Virus record (IMG/VR): IMGVR_UViG_3300029922_000029
Span: 32,001 to 96,000 of that record
Direction: 5' to 3' (one strand)
Length of the DNA stretch: 64,000 bases
Source: a virus
The position numbers were made by a program, and so were the translations under genes. The stretch's first letter is position 1, and each line of letters opens with the position of its first letter. Positions 30,202-39,649 of the stretch are shown here, in pieces. The notes beneath the pieces are model-generated. The model was not told where the DNA came from, made no database searches, and saw only the letters and a list, made by a program, of their open reading frames with translations.

Positions 30202-30685
30202 CCCAGCAGTACAACCCCAGGAGAATCAAAATGAGTGTCCAAGCCCATGTCCAAACTGTGATCAACAAGATTAACGAAAAGGCTGAGCGCAATACCGAGC
30301 AAACGGTAGAAAACCTCGTGAATAAAATCATCTCGACCAAAGCCGACATTGCGCAGAGCCAAAAGAACCTCGTGGAGTACACCAAGCAACTCAAAGAGCT
30401 TGAGATGCCTACGCCTGTCACGTTGGACCTCGAATAATGGAGGTCTCACTCGTACTCAAAAATTGGGGCATCAAGCAAGATGCTGAGACAAAGCTTCCCA
30501 AGCTGGTCGGCTCTTTCGGAGTCATGGCTGGCGAGAAAGAAATTAGTTCCCAGGAATTCAATGAGGGTTACACACATAAGAAAGTCACCTTCAGCCCAGG
30601 ACTCACTACGAAGATCCAGACTCTTGAAGCAGAGATCCAGGCGGAATTGACCCAGCTGTTGTCGTGAGGTAGGATCATCCTCTGT

Positions 30686-30760
30686 TCCGGGGTGCACCAC
30701 AAGTAGGTGAGCACACTGTTAATGTGCCGTATGCTGGAGCGTTACCAGCCCCCGGAGCCA
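30686..30760 (+). tRNA. trnN: tRNA-Asn(GTT), non-canonical D/T loops, encoded CCA
   Basis: TCCGGGG/CCCCGGA acceptor, CACC/GGTG D stem, GCACA-CTGTTAA-TGTGC anticodon arm, GCTGG/CCAGC T stem, G73-CCA. Confidence 0.85.
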
Positions 30761-30766
30761 TAAATC

Positions 30767-30804
30767 AAACGCTGACTTCTCTTCGGAGGGTCAGCGTTTT
30801 TTTA
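30767..30804. terminator. terminator between convergent gene blocks
   Basis: AAACGCTGAC...GTCAGCGTTTTTTT. Confidence 0.75.
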
Positions 30805-31114
30805 CTTTACCCATCAGAAGCGGCCGCAAAACCGCCCTGAACATCTGAGCCGCGATGTGCTCGACGATGAGCTCCTCGAGGTCCTCGTGGAGCGATGTGT
30901 TCTCGACTCCGAGTTCGTCAAGCACGGCATGCCCGAACTCGTGCAGAAACGTTTCCCAGCGGTGAGCGCTGTCCTGAGTCTGGTCAATCTTGATGGTTCG
31001 GGTTTCTGGATTCGTCGTACCCACGACGCCATCCTTGAGGTCAGCCGTCAGCTTCACCTTCCAGTGGTGACCCAGGATCCGCACGTACCGCGGGATATCG
31101 GGAAGGTCAGCCAC
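30791..31114 (-). CDS. small HExxH metallopeptidase-like protein
   Basis: G.T......I.ID...ETFLHEFGHA...EE. The GTG start overlaps the upstream stop. Confidence 0.75.
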   Translation of the reverse strand: MADLPDIPRYVRILGHHWKVKLTADLKDGVVGTTNPETRTIKIDQTQDSAHRWETFLHEFGHAVLDELGVENTSLHEDLEELIVEHIAAQMFRAVLRPLLMGKVKKR

Positions 31115-31883
31115 GGTAGAGCTCGCCATTCCAGAAGGCCTGGACGTCTCCCTTTTTAATGTCGGTCTCGTGGATCCGGATCGGCTCGTGGTGGAACCAA
31201 CCGCTCGACGGATCGTAGTGGATGATGGAGAAGCCAAGGCTCCAGTTCGGCGTCTGCTTCAGGTACCGGAACACGTCCATCCGCTTGTCACCCAACCACC
31301 CCGGGCAGATCGCGACTTTAGGCTTCTGGTCGAGGCCTACCAAATAGGCTTCCTCAGCCCGGTGCACGTGCCCGTAGATATGCGATACCAGCGCGCGCTG
31401 AACACTGAGGCGAGGATTCGGGGCAAACGGCTCGTGACGGGCCCAGAGATGAGATCCCAGTACCTGGTGGCGCTGATCCGCGTGGTAGGGGATCCAGGTC
31501 CAATGCTTGCGCTCGTGCATCTTGAACAAGCCTGAGACGGAGTAAATACCGTAGAGCGGCATGGCATTTTGGATCAGGAACCGCTCGAGCCGGAACTCGT
31601 GATTTCCCTCGAGGTAGATCTTCTTGACGCCGTGAAACGCGGAGTCGAATTCATCCAGCCCCACATTGACGTCATCAATCTCTTCCTTGGCACTCGGGAT
31701 CACATCCGGGTGCCGTAGCCCATGCATCTGGAAACCGTAGAAGTCGGCGTAATCGCCGAGCACCACGAGTTCGTCCAGGCGGGGTAGCTTCTTTGCTATT
31801 TTCATCGCGAGCGCGTAAGCCCGGCGATGATGGAAGGGGCGGTGTGTATCCGGAATCACGAGCGCGATCTTGGATTGTGCCAT
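31107..31883 (-). CDS. calcineurin-like metallophosphoesterase
   Basis: IPDTH.P, LGDYAD, EGNHE, YGHVHR. Confidence 0.88.
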   Translation of the reverse strand: MAQSKIALVIPDTHRPFHHRRAYALAMKIAKKLPRLDELVVLGDYADFYGFQMHGLRHPDVIPSAKEEIDDVNVGLDEFDSAFHGVKKIYLEGNHEFRLERFLIQNAMPLYGIYSVSGLFKMHERKHWTWIPYHADQRHQVLGSHLWARHEPFAPNPRLSVQRALVSHIYGHVHRAEEAYLVGLDQKPKVAICPGWLGDKRMDVFRYLKQTPNWSLGFSIIHYDPSSGWFHHEPIRIHETDIKKGDVQAFWNGELYRG

Positions 31884-31919
31884 CTCCACAAGCCTGACAT
31901 GAGCGCGTCCTCAGTGCAA
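31884..31919 (-). promoter_or_regulatory. sigma70-type promoter, probably leaderless
   Basis: TTGCAC-N17-CAGGCT (with extended TG)-N7-ATG. Confidence 0.5.
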
Positions 31920-32020
31920 ATTTTTACACTATACGTGTGTAGTCGGAGATTGGCTCTAGTGGCCCAAACTAATAAAATAATGCTATTGTGATAGTCTTGT
32001 CAGTATGGTAGCTTTCATTC

Positions 32021-32830
32021 ATAGCACAAGCAAAAGATCTAACAGATAAACAGTTTGATTTTCTAAAAGTACTAAGACGCTCTGATATTCCACGGACTTC
32101 ACTGGGTACAATGTGGCTATGTGAATGTAAATGCGGAGAGAAGAAAGACGTGCCAGCCAGACGACTTGTGAATAAGCTCACCAAGAGCTGTGGCTGCCTG
32201 AGGCGGCGTGGTTTCCCAGAGAGGAAAATAGACCTTACTGGAGAAAAATTCGATCGGCTAAAAGTACTACGGGCTTTACCACGAGAACCAGGTGATCTGA
32301 GCTTTTCTCCTCGCACAGTTAAATGGCTATGCAAGTGCAAGTGCGGAAATGAGATCGTGGCGATAGCCAATAATCTACATGCAAAAAAGGTTAGGAGCTG
32401 TGGCTGTCTTCGTGATGAGGCGTGCACAAAGACAGCTAAAAGCAGAGCTTTCCCAGATCTGCAGTCCGCTAAGAACTATCTATTCCATATGTATACTCGG
32501 GGCGCAGAAAAGAGAGAACTCGAGTTCTCTCTTTCAAAAGAGGAGTTTCTGGTCCTTACTTCTCAAAATTGTCATTATTGCGGTATAGAGCCACTTCAGA
32601 AAGTAGCAGCGACCGCTAATAATCCAGATCTAGTGTATTTTTATAACGGCGTTGATCGAAAAGACAATGCTATTGGCTACACACTTCAAAACTGCACTCC
32701 CTGCTGTGGCAAATGTAATTTCTTAAAAAGAAGCACGAGCTACGAAGTCTTTGTAGCTCGAATAAGAAGAATAGCTGAGCATATGTCTCTAGTTAATAAA
32801 ATAACTAATAATAATCAAATAGTTAAGTAG
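32021..32830 (+). mobile_element. HNH homing endonuclease gene with two WxCxCxCG repeats (apparent start ATA at 32021)
   Basis: DLT..F..L.VL...WLC.C.CG...SCGC twice, then CHYCG...NGVDR..N...N..PCC..CN..K. AT-rich and opposite in strand to the module. Confidence 0.85.
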
Positions 32831-33545
32831 CATTCAAAAGGGCAATTGGGACTATGCGATCATATTGACACGATGCGCCTTCCATCACCAAAACCGATCC
32901 GCTCGACAGCGAGAACTGATGCCCCTGCACCTGGACTTGCTCGAGGTAAAACGCGCCCACCGAGTTGAAGTTCGCATCCTTGAAGTAGAACGCGAGCCCG
33001 AAGCCCTGGTGGAACAGATCGGAGGCCAGGTTGACATAAAAGTGATCGGCACCCGGAGACTGCGCGACCTGGTGGAAATTGTCCGACCCCGTGTCAAGCA
33101 GACGTGCCAACGGATCCACCGATGTCGAACCGTCTTCCAGCGTAATCGTGGACCCGGATGGGTTCGTTCCGATGTTGACCCCGTTCGTGTCATTGTAGTA
33201 GTAGGCGTAGAAAGTCTTGAGGAGCGATGGCCCGTAGTAGAAGACGCGACCGAGCTGCACGCTCCCGATCACACGGCCTGGAATGAAGTAGCAGCGCGAA
33301 CTTCCGACTTCGAAGATCTTCTGAAGCTGCTTCGACTGGCTGATGCCGGCGTTTTCGATCAACCCAATCGGATAGACCGTGCCGACGGATGCCACCGGGA
33401 TCTGGTCGAACACCGACACACCCGAGAGTTCGGGGGGACCGGACGCGATCAGGGAGGTTTCAGCCGAGATGAATTGGCCGCCCGACAATTCCTGTTGGAC
33501 GTGGTAGTTTCTGAAGTCCCAGTTATTGAGTGCGGTTTGTGCCAT
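32823..33545 (-). CDS. tail tube protein (putative)
   Basis: Downstream of the sheath; beta-rich IGLIE...Q......IFEVGS...YFIPG pattern. Confidence 0.7.
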   Translation of the reverse strand: MAQTALNNWDFRNYHVQQELSGGQFISAETSLIASGPPELSGVSVFDQIPVASVGTVYPIGLIENAGISQSKQLQKIFEVGSSRCYFIPGRVIGSVQLGRVFYYGPSLLKTFYAYYYNDTNGVNIGTNPSGSTITLEDGSTSVDPLARLLDTGSDNFHQVAQSPGADHFYVNLASDLFHQGFGLAFYFKDANFNSVGAFYLEQVQVQGHQFSLSSGSVLVMEGASCQYDRIVPIALLNAT

Positions 33546-33575
33546 TTGCTCGTCTCTCCTCTAAATTAAAACAAT

Positions 33576-33962
33576 TTACCGTGCGATACTGTTTCCGCTA
33601 ATGTCTGGGCCTGTTGAGCGAGTCATCGTGTCGGGCCCGACCGGGGTAGGCGCAGAACCCTTGGCTGGAGTCAGAGGGGCCTTGTTGGTCTGCTTGGTCT
33701 TTTGGTAGGCCTTGATCTTCTGGGTTGCGAGGGCTGTGCCGCCGCCCAACAGACCACCACCTACCGCGCCCTTCAGAGCTCCGCCCAGGCCACCGCGATT
33801 GCCTTGCTCGTCTCTCCCCATAGCTCCTGTTGCGCCGCCGGCGACCGCGCCTGCGATCGCGCCACCCCGAACCAGTGGATTCTTGATCACTTTCTTGGCT
33901 GCGCCCAAGATTTGATTTGTATTAAAAGCGGAGGTTTTGAGAAGACCGATGGAGAATGTCAT
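33576..33962 (-). CDS. tagged putative internal virion protein with glycine zipper
   Basis: N-terminus FSIGLLKTS; GGAIAGAVAGGATG and GAVGGGLLGGG. Confidence 0.7.
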   Translation of the reverse strand: MTFSIGLLKTSAFNTNQILGAAKKVIKNPLVRGGAIAGAVAGGATGAMGRDEQGNRGGLGGALKGAVGGGLLGGGTALATQKIKAYQKTKQTNKAPLTPAKGSAPTPVGPDTMTRSTGPDISGNSIAR

Positions 33963-33965
33963 CGA

Positions 33966-35969
33966 TTACACGTTAATCGTGATGTCGAGGTTGTTCAATG
34001 GGATCGGAATTCCCAAAGTGTAGTTCTCCAGCACTGCGTCGATGTTGACCGGATCCTGCGCGATCGAATTCACGACGCCCGAGGTAATGACTCCGCCGAT
34101 CTTCGGAAGGATTGTCTTTTCCTTCAGGTACGTCAAGAGGCCCTGGGCATTGCCTTTGAGTTCGTCGATCGTGCCGGCCACAATGTTGTAATCACCGATG
34201 TACTGCTTGTGGTTGGTGCGGATAAACTTCGCGATAAAGTCGACGTTCTTGGTGACCGAGAACTCCTGGAACTTAATCGCAGACGTATCCGTTGTCAGCT
34301 GCTGGCGGATATAGAGAGGAGTTTGGTTGATGACGTCCTGAACAAAGATCATCATGCCGCCCGAAGCCATCACGTTCAGCTGATCATTGCTGAAGTAATC
34401 ATTCGAGTGCAAGACGCCCGAGTAGGTCGCCACGGCCAGATTGGTGAAGCCCTGCTGAGTAGGAAGACCCGTCGTCAGCGCGCAGACTGAGGCATTCAGG
34501 AAGTAACCCGGGAGTTGCCGGATCGTGGATCCCACAGGGATTGAGACCACGTCAGGCCAGGTCAGAACAAGCCGGCGATCGCCCAGCGCGGAAGCGTAGG
34601 AAGCCATGGTGGCTGCCTGCTGATCCTTGGTCAGGTTCTCGTCGATGAAGTAAGTGACGCCAGTCGCGGCAAAGGTGGGAGCCGTAGCCGCAACCAAGGT
34701 GAGGTGCGTCTGCGAGTCGACCGACGCGATCGCGTAGCGACCAATGACGTTACTTGGGCTGGGTCCAACCACATTCAGGAACTCACCTGGGACAACGCCA
34801 TCCGTGATGAAGGAAGCTTCTGAGTCGGTGAACCAAATATCGGCGCTCCCAGAAGGCCCGGAGAGGCCATCGGATCCGGTCGTCAATGTTTCCTCAGTGA
34901 TCGCTTGGGTCGTGACGAGCTCACGATTGATGATACCGACGCGCTCGAGTTTCTGTTCAGGCACGGAGTAATCGTCCACATGCGTCTTGAGAAGAGTGTG
35001 GATAGCAGTGTTCTCGGTCAGCACACCAATCGCGTACACGTCGACCAAGGCCAGGACCTCGAGCGCCAGGCCGTAAGCAATGCCTTCGTCGCCGGTATTA
35101 GGGCCGTCACCGTTATCGAGGTAAGCCTGTGGGAGAGCGAGGATCTGGTTCTGTGCGACCGAGTTGTTGATCGCGAGGAGCGCCGCGAAGGCCAGCGTGT
35201 TCTCGGGCACCAGTTGATCGGTCCCGAAGTCAGCCTGGAGGCTTGCGAGAGCCGTCGCGCCCGCGTAACCCCTCATCGAGGCCGAGTAATCGAACCGCAG
35301 CGCGCGGTAGCTCAGCAACACGTTCGCACTCAAGATCGGAACCGTTCCGAAGACAGCATGAACGTAGGTGAGGCCGACCGGGAGGCCCACGCCGGCGTAA
35401 GCCACCGTGACACCGCTCGTCGAAGTCGAGAGCAGGATATTGCCGATTGTTGCCTGCAGGTTCCGCTGCATCGTGTAGCTGAGTCCGGTCTCATTGAGAG
35501 CCGCGAACTCTTCATTCAGTTGCAGGCTGTTGTTATTCAGCTTTGCGCGCACGATATACGTACCGTCATTGCCCATGGTGCTGCCCGTAACAATCAAGGA
35601 ATCGCCGGGAAGGATATTGGCAAAGGCATTCGTCGTGGCATCATCAAAGGTCGTAATCGTGGTGGCGTCCGTGGCGCCCGTCCCTGTAGCTGTCAGGATC
35701 TGAACCACGACCTGAGCAAGGGTGATCGTCACCGGATAGCTGGTGAGATCAGTGGGATCCAAGGGCCGGCAATCGATCTTGGTCCCCGCCTGCTGACCAC
35801 TGAACGTAAAGACGGCCGCACTCCCTGTGTAAGACCCCTCGTTCTCGAGGCTGATCACCTGAAAGGCCGGTCCGACCTGCACATTGGGCAGGCTGAACAA
35901 AGCCAATGCAGGAAGAGCATTGACGAAATTTTGAGTGACGGTGACTCCGGGTTGTCTAACGACGGCCAT
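33966..35969 (-). CDS. tail sheath protein
   Basis: 667 aa; N-terminal RQPGVTVTQ; C-terminal IRQQLTTD...EFSVTKNVDF...IPIPLNNLDITI as in contractile sheaths. Confidence 0.85.
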   Translation of the reverse strand: MAVVRQPGVTVTQNFVNALPALALFSLPNVQVGPAFQVISLENEGSYTGSAAVFTFSGQQAGTKIDCRPLDPTDLTSYPVTITLAQVVVQILTATGTGATDATTITTFDDATTNAFANILPGDSLIVTGSTMGNDGTYIVRAKLNNNSLQLNEEFAALNETGLSYTMQRNLQATIGNILLSTSTSGVTVAYAGVGLPVGLTYVHAVFGTVPILSANVLLSYRALRFDYSASMRGYAGATALASLQADFGTDQLVPENTLAFAALLAINNSVAQNQILALPQAYLDNGDGPNTGDEGIAYGLALEVLALVDVYAIGVLTENTAIHTLLKTHVDDYSVPEQKLERVGIINRELVTTQAITEETLTTGSDGLSGPSGSADIWFTDSEASFITDGVVPGEFLNVVGPSPSNVIGRYAIASVDSQTHLTLVAATAPTFAATGVTYFIDENLTKDQQAATMASYASALGDRRLVLTWPDVVSIPVGSTIRQLPGYFLNASVCALTTGLPTQQGFTNLAVATYSGVLHSNDYFSNDQLNVMASGGMMIFVQDVINQTPLYIRQQLTTDTSAIKFQEFSVTKNVDFIAKFIRTNHKQYIGDYNIVAGTIDELKGNAQGLLTYLKEKTILPKIGGVITSGVVNSIAQDPVNIDAVLENYTLGIPIPLNNLDITINV

Positions 35970-35987
35970 ACGTTTCGATCTCCTTGA

Positions 35988-36665
35988 TCATCCCGACTGA
36001 ATGAGCCCACCTGGGTTCACGGTTAATTGTAACAAAAATTTCCTTAACCGAATAGGGTCAACCCACTCGGTCTTCCAGTTCTCAGTCACCTGGACGTTAA
36101 TCAGCACGGGTGTGACTGAAAGTCCAGGCCTCGCGCCCTTCTGAATCAGAGCTCGTTGCCCAACTTGGTTCACATGAATCGTCAGGAATCCGAACCGCTT
36201 GAGTGCGGGACCGAACATCTCCACGGCTCCCGACACGATCGCGGCCAGACCGTCGGCCTCAAGCTCCTCACTCGAGTAGCAGGAAATGCCGACTGATCCG
36301 TTCAGGATCCTGGCCCGGTGGGTACTGAGTCTACCGATCTGGGCACTCCCAATCCCGCCATTGATGCCGGCGAACTGATACCGGATGGGTCCGCGCGCCA
36401 CCACCAACTTTGGCCTCGTGTCCACTGTCTCCAGGTTGTCGGTCGACTGGCCTTCGATGGCTATCTCCGAGCTAACTGGGTCCCCGATCACGTACTTATA
36501 CTGAGGCAGTTGATTATCGAGCTGCTCGGTCTCAGAGAAGCTGGCGATACCCGGGAAAGTAGAAAACAAGGCCTGCAGAAAGCCAAGCATCGCGTTCTCG
36601 ATGAACCGTAAGGAGTTCTGGTACTGTTGATTGGGATTGACCAGATCCTGCGGACCGTTAGCCAT
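35988..36665 (-). CDS. tail terminator/completion protein (putative)
   Basis: Immediately upstream of the sheath; RP.LVVARG...G.V.ISC.S..E.EA..LA pattern. Confidence 0.55.
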   Translation of the reverse strand: MANGPQDLVNPNQQYQNSLRFIENAMLGFLQALFSTFPGIASFSETEQLDNQLPQYKYVIGDPVSSEIAIEGQSTDNLETVDTRPKLVVARGPIRYQFAGINGGIGSAQIGRLSTHRARILNGSVGISCYSSEELEADGLAAIVSGAVEMFGPALKRFGFLTIHVNQVGQRALIQKGARPGLSVTPVLINVQVTENWKTEWVDPIRLRKFLLQLTVNPGGLIQSG

Positions 36666-36960
36666 TCATGGCCTCCTGGACTTCGTCCTGTGTGGGCTCA
36701 TAAAGTGACTGTCTCAACCACTCCGCGTAGTTTTCCCCGTCTTCGAAGGCAAGGTATCCAGCGGCGGCTTCAGGACTGATGACTTTAACCATGATACCAC
36801 CACCTTCATGGTATTCGCTATCATCGATTTTGATGGCGGTATCCGGGGTCCCGGTCAGGAAATTGCGCTTGAAGTCATCGATGACCTGGCCTTTCAAGAG
36901 TTCCCGCGGGATCGGGGCTTGCTCCTGGAAGAGGGGGTCGACTGACTGAAGGGTGATCAT
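36658..36960 (-). CDS. hypothetical protein
   Basis: Probable start ATG36960 in an ATGA overlap with the upstream gene. Confidence 0.6.
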   Translation of the reverse strand: MITLQSVDPLFQEQAPIPRELLKGQVIDDFKRNFLTGTPDTAIKIDDSEYHEGGGIMVKVISPEAAAGYLAFEDGENYAEWLRQSLYEPTQDEVQEAMNG

Positions 36961-37286
36961 TTGGGTAACTCGGGCAACGGTAAACTCTTGCCCGCAAATG
37001 AGTGCGTGCAATCAGCGCAGAAGTTGAGGATTCCGGAAGTCAGGACGTAATGGCAGACGGAAGGGATCGGATTGCCTTGTAGATCCCTGACCCACTCACC
37101 AGTCCACTTGCCGCCAATCTTTTCTGTCTGGCTCCCTGAATGTTTGAAGCTCGGCTGGAACGTCGGCTTATTCACATCACCGTTGAAAGCCCAGCCATTT
37201 GGCAGCGGATGCATCTCTTCACAAGCCGGACACCAGTGCATGTAGCCGTCCGTAGTCTGCCGGAGGTACGGGCTTACTTGGCTCAT
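36957..37286 (-). CDS. DUF6527-like metal-binding protein
   Basis: HWCPAC..MH, W.FNGD..KPTF.PS, CH...G...FC.DCTH..AG. Confidence 0.75.
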   Translation of the reverse strand: MSQVSPYLRQTTDGYMHWCPACEEMHPLPNGWAFNGDVNKPTFQPSFKHSGSQTEKIGGKWTGEWVRDLQGNPIPSVCHYVLTSGILNFCADCTHSFAGKSLPLPELPK

Positions 37287-37305
37287 TTGTGGTCGCTCCG
37301 AGGGT

Positions 37306-37530
37306 TCATCTGACTTTCATCCCGGGCCCCGGACTCACGGTATGCGAAATCGGCTTCATGGCCTTCCTGGCGTTCTGAGCGATCGGGTGACTCATCGTCG
37401 CGGTCTCGGGCTGTCCCGTGAGTGACTTCAGCCCCTGAACCGGATTACCCGGCTTGATGTCGGTCGTGATCCGCCTGGGTCTCGACATCGCGTTCATGCT
37501 GTTTTTTAGGCCCGTGGTGAAGGATCCCAT
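37306..37530 (-). CDS. small basic protein with variant N-terminal tag
   Basis: MGSFTTGLKNS. Confidence 0.65.
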   Translation of the reverse strand: MGSFTTGLKNSMNAMSRPRRITTDIKPGNPVQGLKSLTGQPETATMSHPIAQNARKAMKPISHTVSPGPGMKVR

Positions 37531-37531
37531 A

Positions 37532-37726
37532 TCAGCACAGCGCCGTCACTTCGGAAGGATGGTCTGGATTCTTATTGAACAGCCATTTCATACAGCTCTC
37601 CGTTCGGTTCGAGGAGTCTTTGCCGGTTGCAGGGGAATTGTTGCCCTCAGAAATCTTCGAAGGTGCCTTGATCGGGGTGTTGTCGTGGTGCTTGGCGATC
37701 TTCTGGAGGCCGCGGGAAAATTTCAT
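37532..37726 (-). CDS. small tagged putative internal virion protein
   Basis: MKFSRGLQKIA; ATGA coupling. Confidence 0.7.
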   Translation of the reverse strand: MKFSRGLQKIAKHHDNTPIKAPSKISEGNNSPATGKDSSNRTESCMKWLFNKNPDHPSEVTALC

Positions 37727-38502
37727 TTGTTACCCAGAAATTTCTTACGAGAGTAGTTGGTCGAACTATTCATTGGTAATTTCCACTGCTGGTCCATATA
37801 GCGTGTGTGACTTCTCATATGGGGTGATAAGTCCACAATTTTTCCACCAATAAAATTAGCATGCCGCATATCATGCAATCCAGGATACTTGGCCTTTAAC
37901 TTCTCAAGATGCTGTTCGGTTTCTGGCGATAGTTTGGGCTGTGTCTGGAACATTGCCCTTACGCGACTTCTGTGCTTATCTGCGCGCACATATTTTCTGT
38001 GACTAGCCTCATCGAAATCAATACGATCGCCTTCTGCTGGCCAGCGTTTATTCTCTAGGTCTTCAAATGCTTTGTGCTTTTGCTTGTAGAGAGTGTCGAT
38101 TCTACTGTGCATTTCTTTTGCGTGAGGTTTGCTGTATTCATAGTAACTCACCGGCTTTCCAGCAACTCTAGATAGAAGGTGTGCAAAATCACCTTTCCCT
38201 CCAGTTATCTTTTTAGTGTGCTTCCAGAGGTCTACTCTTTCTTTTTCCGCAGAAAGAGAGTCCATAAGGTGCTTGGGGTGAGTTGAGTCTAAGATCGGTA
38301 TTTTTCTAACCGCTAAACCGTGCTGTGGATGAAGAACCAAGTCAGCAATCTGCTCGCCTCCATGCCCCAGTCGTTTCACTTCTTTTGGATTAGAAACCAG
38401 TCCTTTTAGGCGGTCAATAGCTGAAGGGCTAAGATTGCCTTTAGCGATCTCTTTGATGAAGCGTGAGGTGGAGATTTTCTCAATGCCCCGTGAAAAGGTC
38501 AC
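37723..38502 (-). CDS. tagged protein-kinase-like protein
   Basis: Start GTG38502 (GTGA overlap) gives MTFSRGIEKIS. Kinase-like motifs LGHGGE, AVRK, YYEY, HDMRHAN, IVD. Confidence 0.7.
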   Translation of the reverse strand: MTFSRGIEKISTSRFIKEIAKGNLSPSAIDRLKGLVSNPKEVKRLGHGGEQIADLVLHPQHGLAVRKIPILDSTHPKHLMDSLSAEKERVDLWKHTKKITGGKGDFAHLLSRVAGKPVSYYEYSKPHAKEMHSRIDTLYKQKHKAFEDLENKRWPAEGDRIDFDEASHRKYVRADKHRSRVRAMFQTQPKLSPETEQHLEKLKAKYPGLHDMRHANFIGGKIVDLSPHMRSHTRYMDQQWKLPMNSSTNYSRKKFLGNK

Positions 38503-38711
38503 CGGCTCAGTGTCCCTGCATCTTGCGGAGCCGCGGCACCGAAGCCTAAGCCTGACTTCAGATTTGACCAAGCCGAGCTCATGCTCGTACCGCCCGATAG
38601 TGCTCCGGCCTGCATCTGCCTGGCCTTGCGAGGGTCGATCATAGGAGAGCTTGGCGCATCGGCGATCTTACAAATGAGGAGTGCATTTTTCTTCAAACCC
38701 TTACTGAACAT
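38499..38711 (-). CDS. small tagged putative internal virion protein
   Basis: MFSKGLKKNA; TGATG coupling. Confidence 0.7.
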   Translation of the reverse strand: MFSKGLKKNALLICKIADAPSSPMIDPRKARQMQAGALSGGTSMSSAWSNLKSGLGFGAAAPQDAGTLSR

Positions 38712-39649
38712 CAGAATTCTCTTTTCCGTTTGATGGCTTCAAGTTCCTTGAGTTTCACAGCAGCATACTTGGCATCGAAAGGCAGATGGTACTCAATATC
38801 TCCGGGCTTCACTTCACTGACCCTACAGAATTGTAACATAGGAACTCTGCGCTTTTCAGTCGGCTGGATCTTCTCGAAACGCCAAAGCCTGCCACTCCTG
38901 ATCTCCTTCACCAGATCGCCTTGTGTGACTTCTGGAAAATTGCTGAGCAGCACTTGGCTTTCGTTGGGCTGCATCTCACCCCAGGGCGTGATGTCGACGG
39001 TCTTGGGATTGGGGCTGTAATCCACATAGCTGTCGATCGCGCGGTAAAATCCACCCACCCAGTTGGTTCCGAAGCACGAATTGCACTTACTCAGGGTCCG
39101 CTTACTTTGGAGCTCGTCGAAGCACTTCGGGCACCGGATGCCGCCGCGGCGTCTCTGATAGATCAGCGATGGTACGCCGATCGTGTCCTCGAGGAGAAAG
39201 TTGTGCTCCTCCACGATGTAGAGCCCGATCAGATCGAGCTCGCCCTCAAATGTGAAAAGTTCGCTTTCGGTTGTCTCCTGCGTGCTGATTCGCTGAATCA
39301 CGAGCTTGTAGTAGACCGGCCGATTCAGCATCTGGAGGTTGACTGCCTGGTCGATGTACCACGGATAATCGAGCGCCGAGATGGGCTGCGAGATATACGC
39401 CGTTACGTTCTCGGCGTGCGTGCTGGCCGGGATAGGCTGAACCCGCGACTCCTTCTGCGTCATCATGTCGATGTGTTGGAAACCCGGGATGGCGTCTTGG
39501 GCCTCGGCTCTGAGGATGAAGACTTGGTGATCCTGCAGCACTGAGCCCGGGATATTACGCTCACAGAATTCCCACTCGATGCGGACGCGCGCTGGCGTGC
39601 GGGAGAGGGGTTGGGCGGTGTGGGATTTTAGGGTTAACTGGACTGACAC
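38711..39649 (-). CDS. neck/head-closure protein (putative) with zinc finger
   Basis: RCPKC...CNSCFGT.W.GG..., P....GDL..E....W; lies between adaptor and tail genes. Confidence 0.6.
   Translation of the reverse strand: MSVQLTLKSHTAQPLSRTPARVRIEWEFCERNIPGSVLQDHQVFILRAEAQDAIPGFQHIDMMTQKESRVQPIPASTHAENVTAYISQPISALDYPWYIDQAVNLQMLNRPVYYKLVIQRISTQETTESELFTFEGELDLIGLYIVEEHNFLLEDTIGVPSLIYQRRRGGIRCPKCFDELQSKRTLSKCNSCFGTNWVGGFYRAIDSYVDYSPNPKTVDITPWGEMQPNESQVLLSNFPEVTQGDLVKEIRSGRLWRFEKIQPTEKRRVPMLQFCRVSEVKPGDIEYHLPFDAKYAAVKLKELEAIKRKREF

Larger units (their letters stand above)
18572..30667 (+). other. accessory region of about 40 small ORFs, mostly hypothetical
   Basis: Dense head-to-tail + strand ORFs of about 50-200 aa. 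Includes some below the ORF-track cut-off (21344..21490, 29406..29573). Confidence 0.75.

Noticed and set aside
38503-38571. ORF-track N-terminal extension of the kinase-like gene
   Set aside because: It overlaps the upstream gene; GTG38502 gives a 4 nt coupled overlap and exposes the shared tag.
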